Counted from the first letter of the whole stretch, positions 44,715-58,290 are shown. The stretch: 63,407 nt of DNA, filler included, from Reclinomonas americana ATCC 50394 (GCA_048213135.1; 16 parts of 16 records of this genome joined end to end with filler, not necessarily neighbours in it), one strand, 5' to 3'. Program-made: numbers and translations. Notes: a model not told the origin generated them from the letters alone.

Positions 44715-47708
44715 AACCAGAGCAGAACCAGAGCAGAGCCAGAGCAGAACCAGAGCGGAACCACAGCAGAGCGAGTGACGAGCCAGTGCAGAACAAGACA
44801 AGAACCAGAGCAGAAACAGAGCAGAGCCAGAGCAAAGCCAGAGCAAGCGACTCACAGTGAGAGAGAGGGAGAGAGGAAGGAAGAAAAATCGTGAAACGAG
44901 TGGAGAGTGAGGAGCCACAAAAAGAGACAATCCCAGCATCGCCATTGCTCACCATTCACGTTCGATGCTGCGGCGGCCTGCAACGAATTCTCGCGCTCCT
45001 TCCAGTGCGTCTTCATCATCTCGAATTCGCGCGCCACGTGCCGCAGCTGCTGCAACTCGGCGAGCTGCGAGTCGGCGGTGGCGTCTCTGGTGGCCAGTTG
45101 GTCGCGCAGAGTGGCGAGCTTTTGGCGCACGCGTGCAAGGACTTGTTCGTAGGCCTGTGAGAGGGGGAGGGGAGGGGGAAGGGATGGGGAGGGAAGGAAA
45201 AGGAAGCAGGGAAAAGTGGGTTAGAGAACGTAGTGTAGAGAGAGAAAGGTTGAAGACGGGTGAGGACACAAAGACGAAGGCAAGAGACTGCGAAAGCAGA
45301 GGCAGAGAGGAGACGACGGGAACCAGGAGTGTGAAGGATAGGAGACACAGAATTGTAGACTGCCTGGGCAGACACAAACGCACCCGCTGACTGTCGTTCA
45401 CTTCGTCGTGCGCCTGTGCGAGATCCTGCTCCAGATTATCCTCATCGTCCAAATCGGTCTCCTGGTGGAAGGCGGCGACGATCGACAACAGCTTCTGTGA
45501 GAACTCCTGTGCCGCCTCCAGCCGGTCCACCAGTTGGTTTTGCATGTTGACGCTGGTTTCGGCCAGCATCTCCAACTTGGATTTCATGTCGATGATTTGC
45601 GACTGGTGGATGTGGGGAAAAGGGAGAACATCAGTGACCCTCCCAAACTCTGACCCTTCCCTGTTCTCCCACGCACCTTGTAAAACTCACGCGTCCTATT
45701 CGCCTCCTCGATTCCCTGCTGGCGCACGGCCTCCACCTCGCGACGCATCTCATCCAGATTCTGCAGCGAGTGCAACTTCTCGGGCGACATGCCATACAGG
45801 AACACATCGTCTGGCGACTCGCCGGCACTGAAGCGGCCGAGGAGCTCCAGCCAGCTCACGTTGATGTCGAATTCGGTGGGCGGCGGCACGAACACGTCGG
45901 GTGCGTTCTTGAGGTTGAGCTGGGCGGCCGCAAGTGAGTGACGGATGGGAGAAGGAGGGAGGGAGGGAGAGCACACGAAACTCGTTGCCTCATCTCCTCG
46001 ACTTGCTGCCGGAGATACACCACCTCCATGTAGAGGGTTTTGCGCACCGAGTCCAGCAGCGCGTTGCGTTCGCTGACGCCGGCACGTAACCGCCGAATGT
46101 TGCTGGTGGCGGTGATGAGCTCCTTCTCCAGCATCTGTTGTGAGTGGTGGCGTGAGTGGGTGGGTGGGAAGGATTCGGGAAGATGGTGAGGGAGGGATGA
46201 CGCAACGCAGAGTCGCTGGCGTGTCAGCGTCCATTCCGCACGAGAGATTTGACATGCGCTGCCTGTGTGGGGGGTGGCAAGAGGTGAGAAGGAGGGCGAT
46301 GATGGAAGGCGATAGGAAAGGGAAGAGAGAGGAGAGTTTAACGGAGAAAGAAAATGCAGTCTCGAGCTACATGACAAGGACTGCCAACGCTCTTCTGCGC
46401 TTCCAGTCTGCTTGCTCTGTGTCAAGTATGTGCACAAGCTCGACAGAGGAAGATGGCAATCACTCTCAGGCCATCTCACGCTCTGCTGTGAGAAGAGAAT
46501 GCAGAAGCTCGGCGAAACAAGACGAATACAGTCTCAGGTCCTCAGGCGCTCTTGTTGAAGAATGGAACACAGCTGGACAAGTACAGCAGAGATTCTCGCC
46601 TTTTGCTTCTGTGTGCCCCACAAGACTGCTTACTCTGTCATGCAGAAGCACTACGAAATGACAAGAAACACTCTCCAGTGCCTCACAACCTCTGGCGCTC
46701 AGCTGCGAGAAGAGGTTGCAAAACTCGACACACGAAGACGGCAAACAGTCTCACATCGCCTGGCGCTCTGTTTCAATGAGAGAACTAGAAGCGTGATGGA
46801 CGAAGACACAATAGCCACACTCTTACTTGGCCACAGCCTCACAAGTCTCTTTGTTCTGTGTCGAGTGTGCGCAGAAGCTCTAGAAAAAAGTCAATCACTC
46901 TTCATCGCCGCAAGTTCTGCTGCGAGAAGAATACAGAAGCTTGATAGACGAGGACAGCACCCTCCTCAAATCGTCTCATGTCCTGCTCGAGGAAGAGAAT
47001 GCAGAAACTTGACGAAGAAAGATGGCAAACACTCTCACGTCTTCAGTTGTCCTGCAGCAAGAAGAGTGCAGAACAGCAAGCTCACACTCTGCTCCTTCGT
47101 GACAACATATTCACGAACTCAAGGAGAAGATGAACACCCTCGACACATGAAGACTCTGAGAGCCATCCTCGAAACCCCGTGAAAGAAGAGACACTCTCTT
47201 GTTGACAACAGCCTCACGGCTATGCTGGCCATTGACGACTGCGTGCAACCTCTTCTGTTATGCTGCTTCGAAACTCACAGGGGCACTCTCGTGTTGACAA
47301 CATCCTGCTGAAACTGTCTATGTGGCTCTGAAGATGACTGTGTGAAACCTCTTCTGTTATGCTGCTTCGAAACCCACTTGTTGACAACATCCTGCTGAAA
47401 CTGTCTATGTGGCTCTGAAGATGAATGTGTGCAACCTCTTATGTTATTCTGCTTCGAGACCCAGGCGACACTCTCTTGTTGACAGCATGATGAAACTGTC
47501 AGTGTGGTTCTAAAGACTGCATCTGTCTTTCGACTAAAGCAATGTCTCTCTCATAATATTCAGAGAGTCTTGCTCTTCTCCTGTCTCCGCCACACGCAAC
47601 AATGCCCATCCGTAAACGTGATCCCAATCAGCTCATCGCGTTCCGCCGACAATTGCCGCTCCGTTCGTCGCAGGAACTCCTCCAGTTCCTCCTCTTCCTT
47701 GTCAGCCT
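38775..47708 (-). CDS. Large uncharacterised protein with N-terminal coiled coil and long low-complexity C-terminus (5' end not found)
   Basis: In-frame exon chain DGHC|SACQ...RLC|MLEKELITATSNIRRL...|SQIIDMKSKLE...; later exons appear to join as ...TLESQ|MESATAAD... and end at the stop at 38775. Spans the gap at 44035. Confidence 0.55.
46380..47520. repeat. Intronic array of two degenerate tandem repeats (about 65-70 bp, then about 85-97 bp units)
   Basis: CTGC..GAGAAGAGAATGCAGAAGCT...GAAGATGGCAAACACTCTCA recurs over 46440-47080. TGTTGACAACA...AACCTCTTCTGTTATGCTGCTTCGAAAC units start at about 47200, 47293, 47379 and 47477. Confidence 0.75.
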
Positions 47709-48042
47709 CTGCAAAAGGAACAAAACAAAGCATCAGAGGAGAGAAGGAGAGAGAGAGAGAGAAGGACAAGGCGAATCCAGGGTGCATCATGAATGATTGT
47801 CTCGCTGAGTGAGTGCGTATGTGTGTCACTCTGCTCCTCCCACTCCTTCCTCTCCTCACTGTGCTTCTCTCTCTCTCTCTCTTCATTCACAATCACTATC
47901 CTCTTCTGTGTCACAGCTCTTGATCTTTGTCACTCACTCACACACACTCTCATTCTCTCTCGCTCGAACACTCAATATCCCTCTTGTCAATCACAAGGTC
48001 TCTCTCCCCCCCCTCTCTCTCTCTCTCCTCTCTCCTCTCCTC

Positions 48043-48080
<38 letters not shown>

Positions 48081-48180
48081 NNNNNNNNNNNNNNNNNNNN
48101 NNNNNNNNNNNNNNNNNNNNNNNNTTAATTAATTAANNNNNNNNNNNNNNNNNNNNNNNNNNNNNNNNNNNNNNNNNNNN

Positions 48181-49942
48181 CGAGGACGACGATGATGACG
48201 ACGATGATGAAGAGGAGGAAGAGGAGGCGGCGAAGAAGAAGAAGCCTGCTGTGGGGGTGGCAAGCGGAAGCGCGTCGCGACTCCGTGCTGGCCATGATGG
48301 TGAGGACGATGATGATGATGATGACGACGATGATGATGGGTTTGGGGAGGACGATGACGAAGACGATGGGGAGGAGGAGGAGGCATCGGCCTCGGTCGCA
48401 GCAGCACCGAGTGCTGGTGGCAAGGCCGCGGCGGTGTTTGTCGACCGAGGTGACGACGATCCGCGAGCTGACCAGGCGGCGGCTCGCATTTTGGCGGCCA
48501 GTCGCGCGGCACCGACGCCGGGTGTGGTTGGCGATCGTGATGCGCCCGACTACCCGTGCCATGTGTACGATCCCATCCAGCTGTTGACCAAGCTGAAGCG
48601 ACTGACGCCGCAATTGAGTTGAGTGTGATGAGGAGAGAGGAGGGGAGGACTTGGGGAAAGTGAGGAATAGGGAAAGTGAGCGGAGTTGGGAAAAGCGAGG
48701 GAACGAGGTTTGATACTGTTCTGCGTATCTTTCCCATTCCGTTTGCCCCCCCCCCTTCTGTCTTCCTCCCTCTCCCTCTCCCCTTCCGCCTTTCTCCACT
48801 TTCCCGTTCCTCCTTGCCTTCCTTCTTCGCCTTCCCCTTCTGTCTTCTCCTCTCTGTCTTCTCCTCTGTCTTCTCCTCTCTGTCTTCTCCTCTCTGTCTT
48901 CTCCTCTCTGTCTTCTCCTCTCTGTCTTCTCCTCTCTGTCTTTTCCTCTCTGTCTTCTCCTCTCTGTCTTCTCCTCTTTATCTTCTCCTCGCTGTCTTCT
49001 TCTGTCTTCTCCTCTTTGTCTTTCCCCTTCTGTCTTCCCCTTCTGTCTTCCCCTTCTGTCTTCCCCTTCTGTCTTCCCCTTCTGTTCTTCCCTTTCTCTG
49101 TCTTCCCCTTCCGCCTTTCTCCCTCTTCCCTCATCCCCCGTCTCCCTTCTCCCCCTTCCCCCTTCCCTTTTCCCTCCACCTTCCCGTCCCTCCCCCTCCA
49201 CCTTCCCCTCACCTCCCTCCCTTCCCTCCTTCACCATGCAGACCCCGACGGCCCCGACCTCATCGGTCTGGTCGGCTACCCCAACGTCGGCAAGAGCTCC
49301 ACCATCAACGCCATTATCGGCGCCAAGAAGGTGGCCGTGTCGTCGACCCCCGGCAAGACGAAACACTTCCAGACCGTGGTGGTCGACTCCACCACGGTGC
49401 TGTGCGATTGCCCCGGTCTCGTGTTCCCCACCATTATGAACACGCGCGCCGATCTCGTGTGCAACGGCATTCTGCCGATCGACAAGATCCGTGAGCCAGT
49501 GCAGCCGGTGGCGTTGGTGTGTCGGCTGATCCCGCGAGTGGTGCTGGATGAGGTGCGTTCGTTTCGGATGTCGTCCTCCCCCTGCATTGTTTTCCTGACG
49601 TGGTACTGTGTAGGTGTACGGCATTGGTGGCATGCCCGACCCTGTCGAATACAGCAACCCTGACGCGGAGCACTACGGTGCACGAGTGCTGCTCAATAAG
49701 CATGCGCGTGCTCGTGGTTACATGAAGGGTCACGGCATGCCCGATGAATCGCGCTCCGCTCGCATCATTCTCAAGGATTTCATGAATGTTGCGTTGGCTT
49801 GCTCCGAGAAGGAAAAAACTTGCTATGTGCTGCTTTCCACTCACTTTTGTGCGCGCAGGGCAAGCTGCTGTTTGTAAACAGACCGCCGCCACCCGCAAGA
49901 GCCAGTGTTGCGAGCAGTGTTGCCGCACCACCAAGACAATAA
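48181..49942 (+). CDS. LSG1: Large-subunit GTPase 1 (circularly permuted GTPase), C-terminal part
   Basis: IGLVGYPNVGKSSTINA, KVAVSSTPGKTKHFQT, LCDCPGLVFP, LVCNGILPID and ARIILKDFMN|GKLLF. Stop TAA at 49940-49942; the 5' part is lost in a gap. Confidence 0.92.
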
Positions 49943-50317
49943 ACAACTCCACTGTTGTATGAGCTTGTTCAGTTAACATGGCCTGCCTGCTTTACTTTTG
50001 CAATGTCTGCCTTTGTTCATTTACCAAACGAAAACGGCTTGCGCGGGATGCGCTCGAGCGGCAAGGGATGTGCGGAAATCGTGACTTGCCTGCACATACA
50101 TGCTTGGTCAGCGTGAATGAATGACGAACGCGAAACGACAAAACGATCCTCACCACTTCAGCAACTGAGAGATCATCAACACCAAGACACTGGCTGCGCG
50201 TCAATGATGAAGTTTCTCTCTCCCTCCTTCTCGCCGAAAAAACGTAATGTAAACAAGGTCTACAGTACGCCCTCACCTCAATCACTCGCACGCGCGCGAC
50301 AACGCGCACTCACAGCC

Positions 50318-53300
50318 ATGGACGACGACGAGGCTCTGCGCGAGCTCATGGAAGGTACACACCACCTCACACACTCCACGCACACGCACAAAAGTCCGAG
50401 AGAGAGAGAGATGGCCATGTTCCCTCTCAAAACTCACACACACTCTCTTCTCTCTCTCTCCTCACAGTCACCCGCGACGATGACGACAGTCAACGAGCAG
50501 GAGGTGCTGGCGGGGGCGGTTTTGACGACGACGAGCTCGCGGAACTTGAACACATGCTGGCCGCGCGTGGACGCGACGAGGACAATGCAATGCCCGCGCG
50601 CGCTGAGCCAGTCTCCTACGCCGCCGCCTCGCCCGCACGCCCGCTCTCCCAGATCGAGAGTGATGCAGCACGACTGATGCAGCAGCAACAGCAGCAGCAA
50701 CAGCAGTCAGCGAATCCATTGTCTGCGGTCGCCGCGAGAATGACAGTGAGACCTCCGCTTCCGGCCTATGATGCAGCAGTTGCTGCTCCTGTTGCTGCTG
50801 CTGCTGCTGGGAGACCTCCGCTTCCGGCGTATGATGCAGCTGTCTCGTCTCCGCGTGCTGGGAGACCCCCGTTGCCAGCATACGAAGCAGTTGTCGCCTC
50901 CGTGAGACCGCCGCTGCCGGCTTATGATGCAGCTGTTGTCGCGTCTCCACCATCGCAGGCTGCTGCTGGGAGACCGCCATTGCCGGCGTATGATGCAGCA
51001 GTCTCGTCTTCATCGCCGCCTGCTGCTGGGAGACCTCCGCTTCCCGCGTATGATGCCGCAGTTGTCTCGTCGCCTTCGAAGCGACCGCCGCCGCCTGGGT
51101 ACGGTGATGCGTTGCGTGCGCCGACGGTGGCGGTGCCGCCACCGAGGCCTGCTGCGTCGAAGAGCGATGAGGCGCTGCTGGAGGAGATGCTGGCGGGCGA
51201 TGATGATGAGTATGGGTTGAGTGGGTTGGCTGATGAGCCGCCGGTGCGGCCGTCGATTCCCGTGTCGGTGCGTGAGCAGGCTTGTCTCTCTCTATCGCTG
51301 CCGGCTTGCCGTTTGAATTCCGCGCGTGTGTGCAGGAGGAGGAGAAGCGGCGAGTGTTGGAGGCTGAGCGGTTACAGCGGCAGCGAGAGGAGCAGGAGTT
51401 GGAGCGCGTGCTGGCGGCGCTGCAGGCCGAGGTCGGTGGTCCGGGTGTCTCGCGTCGCAGCTCGGCGGCTGCCGGTGACGACGATGGCGATGAGCTGGCG
51501 GTGGACGAGTTGGAGCAGTTCTTGAATGAGGTGGAGAGTGAGCGATCGGGTCGTGGCGGCGGCGGAGGCAGCAGCAGGTCATCAGCTGCACCGTCCCGAT
51601 CCCGTCAACATCAGCAGCAGCAGCAGCAGCCTCCGCCAGAGATCCAGTCGCTGACGGAGCTGATTGATGCCGACAGCAATAACCGGAGTCGAGCGAGGGA
51701 GGCACGACGTGTAATGGCCACGGTCCCGGTGGCGCTCATGGACACGGAGCACATGGCAGTCGTGCTGGAGCAGGTGATGCAAGATGGCGGCGATGAGGAT
51801 CTGCAATCGCCAATGCGTGTGGTGCGTATTCCCTTCTCTCTCTCCATTGCTCGTTTTCGTGGTAGCTTAAAACCGCGGTGGAGCAGGACGAGGAGGCTCT
51901 ACTGGAACAGCTGCTGCGCCAGTCGGATTCGCCACAGCTGCCTGGCATGGAACCGGTGTTCACGACGCTTCCTCGTGGCGACGACGATGGGTCGTCGTCT
52001 GCCGCGGCCTCTGCCGACTCGGAGTGGGATCCAAAGCAGCCTCCGCTGGCGGTGGTGCGCCAGCTCGATCGCATGTCGTCGGAGCTGCGCCAGCCGGCCA
52101 ACATCAAGAAGCGAGGCATGCCCACGTGTCTGTCGGTTCGCGTAACATGCCGTGCCTTGTATGCGCGCTACCAGACACCTTCTCACCATTTTCCACGTCG
52201 CGATATGCAGGTCGGCTCGGAGTTGCTGGTGGTGGGCACGACGTACGGCTTGGTGTTGGTGTTCAGCGTGAAGCAGCGACTCGAAGCCATTCTCAACGCC
52301 AGCAATGCTGGCGACAATCGCGTGCACAGTGCCGTCACTGCCATTGACATTAATGAGACTGATGAGGTGCGTTTATGGGANNNNNNNNNNNNNNNNNNNN
52401 NNNNNNNNNNNNNNNNNNNNNNNNTTAATTAATTAANNNNNNNNNNNNNNNNNNNNNNNNNNNNNNNNNNNNNNNNNNNNGCTATACGCGGCGGTGATGC
52501 TGTCGTGGTTTGAGCGTGTCGATGCCACCCTCCAGACCGGAGACTGGGACGCTGCTCTGCATCTCGCCGTTGATTTCTACATGGTGCGTGCGGGGCAAAG
52601 AAAGGGGAGAGAATATCGCAAGCGGCGATTGCTCACTTCTTCGTTGTACAGGGACGCGCGCGTGCGGCCGTCGGCCTCCCTACCGAGGTGTACGCGCGGC
52701 AGCAAGTTGTCGGTGCCTACGTGGAGGATTTGTTGCGTCGGTACTTGGATGCCGAGTTGACGGCACTGGCCGCTCAGCCGCTCCCCGATGAGGAAAAGGC
52801 GGAGAAGCTGAAGCAGGTGAGACTGGCAAAGAGGATGAGAATTCGTTTCTGTTTGATGCACGTCACTGATCTCGCTTTTCCCGTGCAGTTGCTTTCGCTG
52901 CTGATCAAGTACACAGTGTGCATCAACGGTGTCGTAGTGCTGTACCGTGACATTCTGTACGCCGTGGACCGTTTCCCGCTGGCGTCGGCCGAAGACACGT
53001 ACTTTGAGATTCTGCTGCCGTACATTACGGCCGAAAGCATGCGCATTGTGCCAACGGATCCACTGCCAGATCGCGAGGGACGTCGGGTGAGTCACGACTC
53101 TTCACTTTCGTGAGAATTGTGGTGCTTAATCCCTCGCTCTGCCGTTCGTAGAATCCACATCCTTCCGCTCAGTTCTCCCCACTGCACCGACTGTTGACCT
53201 ACGTCGGTCGAGTGCACGGCCAGGCGGCGGCACAGCAGCTCGTTTTCCACTTGGATTTGGATCAGCTGCAGACGGACAAGCTGCTGTTGGTGTGCGAGCA

Positions 53301-56300
53301 GCACAAGTTGTGGGCGGCGGTGGTGCACACGTATAATTATTGCTGGCAGGTGGGAAATAGGGGGAAGGGGAAATAGGGCGAAGGGTGGGGGAGGGAGGCG
53401 AGAGAGGAAGGGGGTGGGAGAGAGATGGAGAATGGAGGGTCCATTGCATGTCTTGAAAGAGAGTTGGTGAAGGCATGGAGCGAAAGTTCAGTTTGTGCAA
53501 GAGGATGAGTGTGTGTCACAGAGAGTGACAGTGAAAGAAGAAGAGAGTGACAGAGGGGAGAGAGAGATATGGCGCCTTCGCGATGTACATGTGGGCGAGG
53601 AACAGAGAGTAAGCGTTCCCTTAGACGGAGAATAAGCAAGAGCGATATGCTGCAGGTCACGCAAGCTGTTTGTCATTGGCTCACTTTCCTCGCACATTCC
53701 CTTCCTGCAGGACTACATGACCCCACTCCGCCACCTCATGCACCACCTGGCTGCTCGCGTGCCGCCGATGACCTGTGTGTCGACCCAAATGCGCAACGTA
53801 CGTGGCTCGCCCGTCGGAGTTCCGAGGTGTCGTCACTGACTTTGAATGCCACTGCGCAGGAACTGGCGCGAGCGGGTGGATGGAGCATCTGCGAGGTGTT
53901 GCTGCGCTACGTTGAGTGCCTGTATGAGGGCGAGTGGTTCTCCCTGCGCGCCTCGTCCTTGCCCTCGAGTGGATCGATGGCCGGCACTCGTCGCCGTGTG
54001 ATGCCCGACGCTGTGGCGCGCGAGGCCTTCCAGCAGTGCACCTGGTACCTCTTTGCGCAGTCGTCGCGCGGTACTGATCTAGTACTCCCTGGTTGCGTTG
54101 TGCTGGTAAAATGAGCGATGAATTGCGCGCGTAGACTGACAAACTGTGTGTACGGGTGCACGTGCAGGCTATGAGGATGTGCCCTACCCGCGTGTGCATC
54201 TGCTGGCGTTTTGCGATGTCGGCCGCTTGCTGGCCACCGTGCGCTGTGCCGCGAGAGCTGGTGTGTGGACGGCGTTGCAGACGGAGCATCCGCTGACCAC
54301 GGCAGCGCCGTCGGAGGCCAAGTCGATGCCGCGTGTGGCTCAGCTGCTGGCCTGTCTGCTCACCTCGGTGCGTTGTATTCGTGAGATCGCTGTCTTTGAC
54401 ACAGTGCACTGACGTAGGGAAACAACCACTTGATGCGCAGATGCCACGGTCGGATTTGGAAGGCCTGCTGCCAGGCTCGGCGGTGCCGGAGCAAGGCACT
54501 CCGTCGGCCGTGTTTGCCAGTTGCGTGGAGCCGACGGCTCGTCGTGCCACCTCCACTCGCTCACTCTCGTCCTCGCAGAGCGCCTCCAACGAACGCCGAG
54601 CATCCTCAAGATTCGCGATCCCACCAGCCCCGAGAGCGCCCTGCCGCGTCGCGCGTCGCTCAATCGGGTGCGCTTCAGTGCCGAGTCGGACATTGGCGTC
54701 TTCAGCAAGTACGACGAGCCGACGAAAATCAGCTCCCCTCGCTCACCCTCGTCGAGTTCTCCGGCGTCGGTGCGGTCGCCACTGCCCACGGCACTCGCCG
54801 ATCTTCCGTCTCTTACGGATTTGCTGGCGCATGTGGCCGAGGTATATATTTGGGGAACGAAAGATGGATGAGGGAGGAGGGTGAGTTGCTGACTTTGCGT
54901 CAAACCCACCCAGCTTGTGCTCCCGTCCGACATTGGGGAAGCGGAACCCATGTCGCCCAACCTGGCGGCGACGATGCGTGCCCTGTCGCGCGAGAAGCGA
55001 GCCGATGTTGTTGGTTTCTACGAGCAGCTGTTGGTGTTTGTGTCGGATGGGTTGCATCTGCCGGCGCGGTCGCAAGTGATGTTTGGATTTGTCATTGTGG
55101 TGAGTGTGGGGTGGGGGTGGGAGAAGGAGATAGGTCTGAGTGAAGCGAAGTCAGCAGGTGAAGCGGGTGGGGAGAGAGAGAGAGGAATGAGTGACTTGTG
55201 GAGCGACAACGAAGAACAATCGTGAGACGGGAAGCGGAAGCAGGGGTGGGAAGGGAGAACGGAGTTTGGTAGAATATTAAGGGCTGATAGAGTGCGATGA
55301 AGGTAAAATGAGTGAAGTGAAGCGGACAATGAGAGTAGTGAGGAGAGCGGACAAGTATTTGAGTTTCAACGAGTGAAGATTGTGTGGCGAAGGGGGCAAC
55401 AACGAGGACAATCAAGTGCGAGAGAAGCGAAATAGCGACGGAGAACATTTGAACAAGGGAAAAGTAAGATAGATAATGAGTGAATCGGCTCAAGTAGTGC
55501 GCGAACATGGAGTGAGGGGAGGACAGAGAGATGTGGTACTGAAACGGGAGACAATGGAAAAAGGGAAGCAGGAAGACAACATGGTGAACTAAAGGGACTG
55601 GGCATAAGACATGGGCAGAAATCAGCGAGGGAAACGATAGTGGATAACAATCGACTGTGTGCCGCGAGTTGTTGCTGGTTGTTTCCTTTACTCACCATCT
55701 ATATTTCTTCCCCTCTCTCCGCGCAGGCCACTGAGAGCGGCGTGGATGCCGCAACGGCGGAGGACGCAGTTGTGGGCGTGTTGGAGAGATGTTTCCGCGA
55801 ACGCTGGCCACATGAGCGCCTGCTGAATATGTTTGAGTCGTGCGGGTAGTTGCGTTGCTGTGACATTTTGCATCCACATCTCTCACGTCATCATCTCACC
55901 CTCCTCGTCTCAAAAAATATCTCGCAGCCACGCAGCGTGCGTCCGCCTGCACGTGATTCTCGGCAACTACACTCGCATGATTCAGTCGTATGTTCGCGAC
56001 GAGAGACATCCGAACGAGGTGTTTGAGGTGCTGCGCTCGGTGCCGGATTTGACCAACTTGCCGCAGTCCGTCCGCGAGCGTATTCGCGATGCGGTGACGC
56101 AATGCTTGCCGGCTCTGGTGTGTTGTCGGGCAGAGAACTCACGTAGCCACACAGCTACCACCCTCACCCCTACTTTTTGCTGCGGCGCAGGTCCAACTGA
56201 ATGCCGAAAAGTCGGCCAGTCTCGCCATTTCGGTGATTGGATCGGACTACACTCGCGTGATCCGAGCCCTCGGCGACGACGCCGAACTGCAGTTCAAGTA

Positions 56301-57452
56301 CTTGCGCGGATTGTTGGTGAGCGCGGAGAGCGCCAAGAAGCAAGCCAAAGTTGCGTTGTCGGACACCCGTAATGCTGCGTGCGTGTGCACAATTTCACCC
56401 TTCGGAGAGCAGCTCACCGGCCAAACGCACAACCTCACCATTCCGTCGGAGGTGCACGAGCAGTACGTCGAGTTGCTGTGCCGCTTCGAGCCCGACAAGG
56501 TGTATGCGTTTTTGGTCAGCCACGAGGAGCATCTGCGGCTGGAGCGCTGCCTCGATCTGTTTGCTCGGTACGAGCTGGATCGTGCGCGGGCGTACGTGTT
56601 GGAGAGGACAGGCGACGTGCAAGCGGCTCTGTCTCTCTTGCTGCAGGTGAGTTCTGTGTTCACGACGCATTCTACGTGGGGCAGACGACCTGATTGATGA
56701 TGACCCCTGCGCAGAGTGTGCGACGGGTGTACATCTCGTTTGTGGAAGAGTGCTCGCATGTGCCGCCGACAGAGGTGGTGGAGGCGCCAAGCAGGCGGCT
56801 GAGTGTGGCACGCACGCCACCTGCGTCGCCAGCACCCTCGGCATTCACCGCGCCGCAACCATCTTCGTCGTCACCCCCATCACCGTCAACAGCCACAGCC
56901 GAAGACGAGAAGCATCCGGGACGGCGACGTGCCCGATCCGTCACCTCTCGCCTCTCTTCGTTGGATGCGCCGCGAGACGAGTTTGTGCGCGCCGTGGATT
57001 TGTGTGTGGGCTTGTGTCAGGTGTGGCGATGGGTGAAGCTTGTGCAATGTCAGCTCTTTTTCTCACGTTGGTCGCAGCGCGCACCCGAGGCGCTGTCAAC
57101 GGAGGAGGTTCAAGCATTGTGGTGGATGGTGCTTGACGAGTTTGTGGAGCCGCTGCGCAAGTTCCGCGAGGACCAGATGTATTGGCAGGCGGGAGTTGCG
57201 GGCATGAAGGCGGAGGTGGAGGAGAAGGTGAGGGCGGAAGGAGTGCTCTTTCTCTGAAGTGATTGTCTCTCATGTCGTGCTGCCTTATTCGCCATCACAC
57301 AGCTGGCCAAGTTGCATGCGCTGAGCGAGGAGACAAAGCAGCGCAAGGCACGTTTCGAGTCGGAGCTGAAACGCGATCCGCAAAACACGCAGGCGCGTGA
57401 AAAGTGGATTGGAGTTGCGTGGAAATTGCTGTTTTCATATGCGTCCGTCGCG

Positions 57453-57489
<37 letters not shown>

Positions 57490-57598
57490 GTGGTGCAGAT
57501 TGCCAAGATCCTGAAGGTGATTCAGGATAACGTGCAGTCGGCGAATGCGGAGTTGGAGGAGTTGCAGCAGAGAAGACCACCGGAGTATCCGTTGCATG
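50318..57598 (+). CDS. VPS8: CORVET subunit Vps8-like protein with a long N-terminal extension; 3' end unresolved
   Basis: GMPTCLS|VGSELLVVGTTYGLVLVF, LSWFERVDATLQTGDWDAAL, DYMTPL, the clathrin-repeat segment EQYVELLCRFEPDKVYAFL...AYVLERTGDVQAAL and ALWWMVLD. Confidence 0.82.
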
Positions 57599-57629
57599 GT
57601 GAGCAAGCAGGGAAAGGGGAAGGGAAATT

Positions 57630-57632
<3 letters not shown>

Positions 57633-57690
<58 letters not shown>

Positions 57691-57696
57691 AAGAAG

Positions 57697-57738
<42 letters not shown>
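57633..57738. repeat. (GA)n microsatellite
   Basis: Read directly. Similar tracts lie at about 33104-33160, 33410-33505 and 59554-59681. Confidence 0.95.
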
Positions 57739-57741
<3 letters not shown>

Positions 57742-57852
57742 TAGTAGTAGTANNNNNNNNNNNNNNNNNNNNNNNNNNNNNNNNNNNNNNNNNNNNTTAA
57801 TTAATTAANNNNNNNNNNNNNNNNNNNNNNNNNNNNNNNNNNNNNNNNNNNN

Positions 57853-58290
57853 GCGAGTGGGGGGAACGAGTGACAGCGAGTGGGGGAACGAGTGACAGCG
57901 AGTGGGGGGGAATGAGTAACAGCGAGTGGGGGGGAATGAGTAACAGCGAGTGGGGAACGAGTGACAGCGAGTGGGGGGGAATGAGTAACAGCGAGTGGGG
58001 GGGAATGAGTAACAGCGAGTGGGGGGGAATGAGTAACAGCGAGTGGGGAGGGGAGAATGAGTGACAGCGACTGGGGGGAACGAGTGACAGCGAGTGGGGG
58101 GAACGAGTGACAGCGAGTGGGAGGAACGAGTGACAGCGAGCGGGGGGAACGAGTGACCGCGAGTGGGAGGAGCGCTTGGGAGCGAGTGGGAGGAGCGAGT
58201 GACGGCGAGTGGGAGGAGCGAGTAACAGCGAGTGGGGAGGGAGCGATTGGGCGAGGGGCGAGTGACAGCGAGTGGCAGCGAGTGCGGGGG
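57853..58290. repeat. G-rich minisatellite with a 21-24 bp unit, GCGAGTG(n)AA(C/T)GAGT(G/A)ACA
   Basis: About 18 tandem units whose G-run length varies. Confidence 0.9.

Noticed and set aside
47190..47520. Possible CRISPR-like array
   Set aside because: Whole units are repeated with no unique spacers, the context is a eukaryotic intron, and there are no cas genes.
48125..49657. 510-aa minus-strand ORF and similar Leu/Ser- or Arg/Glu-rich ORFs
   Set aside because: These are stop-free translations of low-complexity intron repeats and antisense shadows of real genes.
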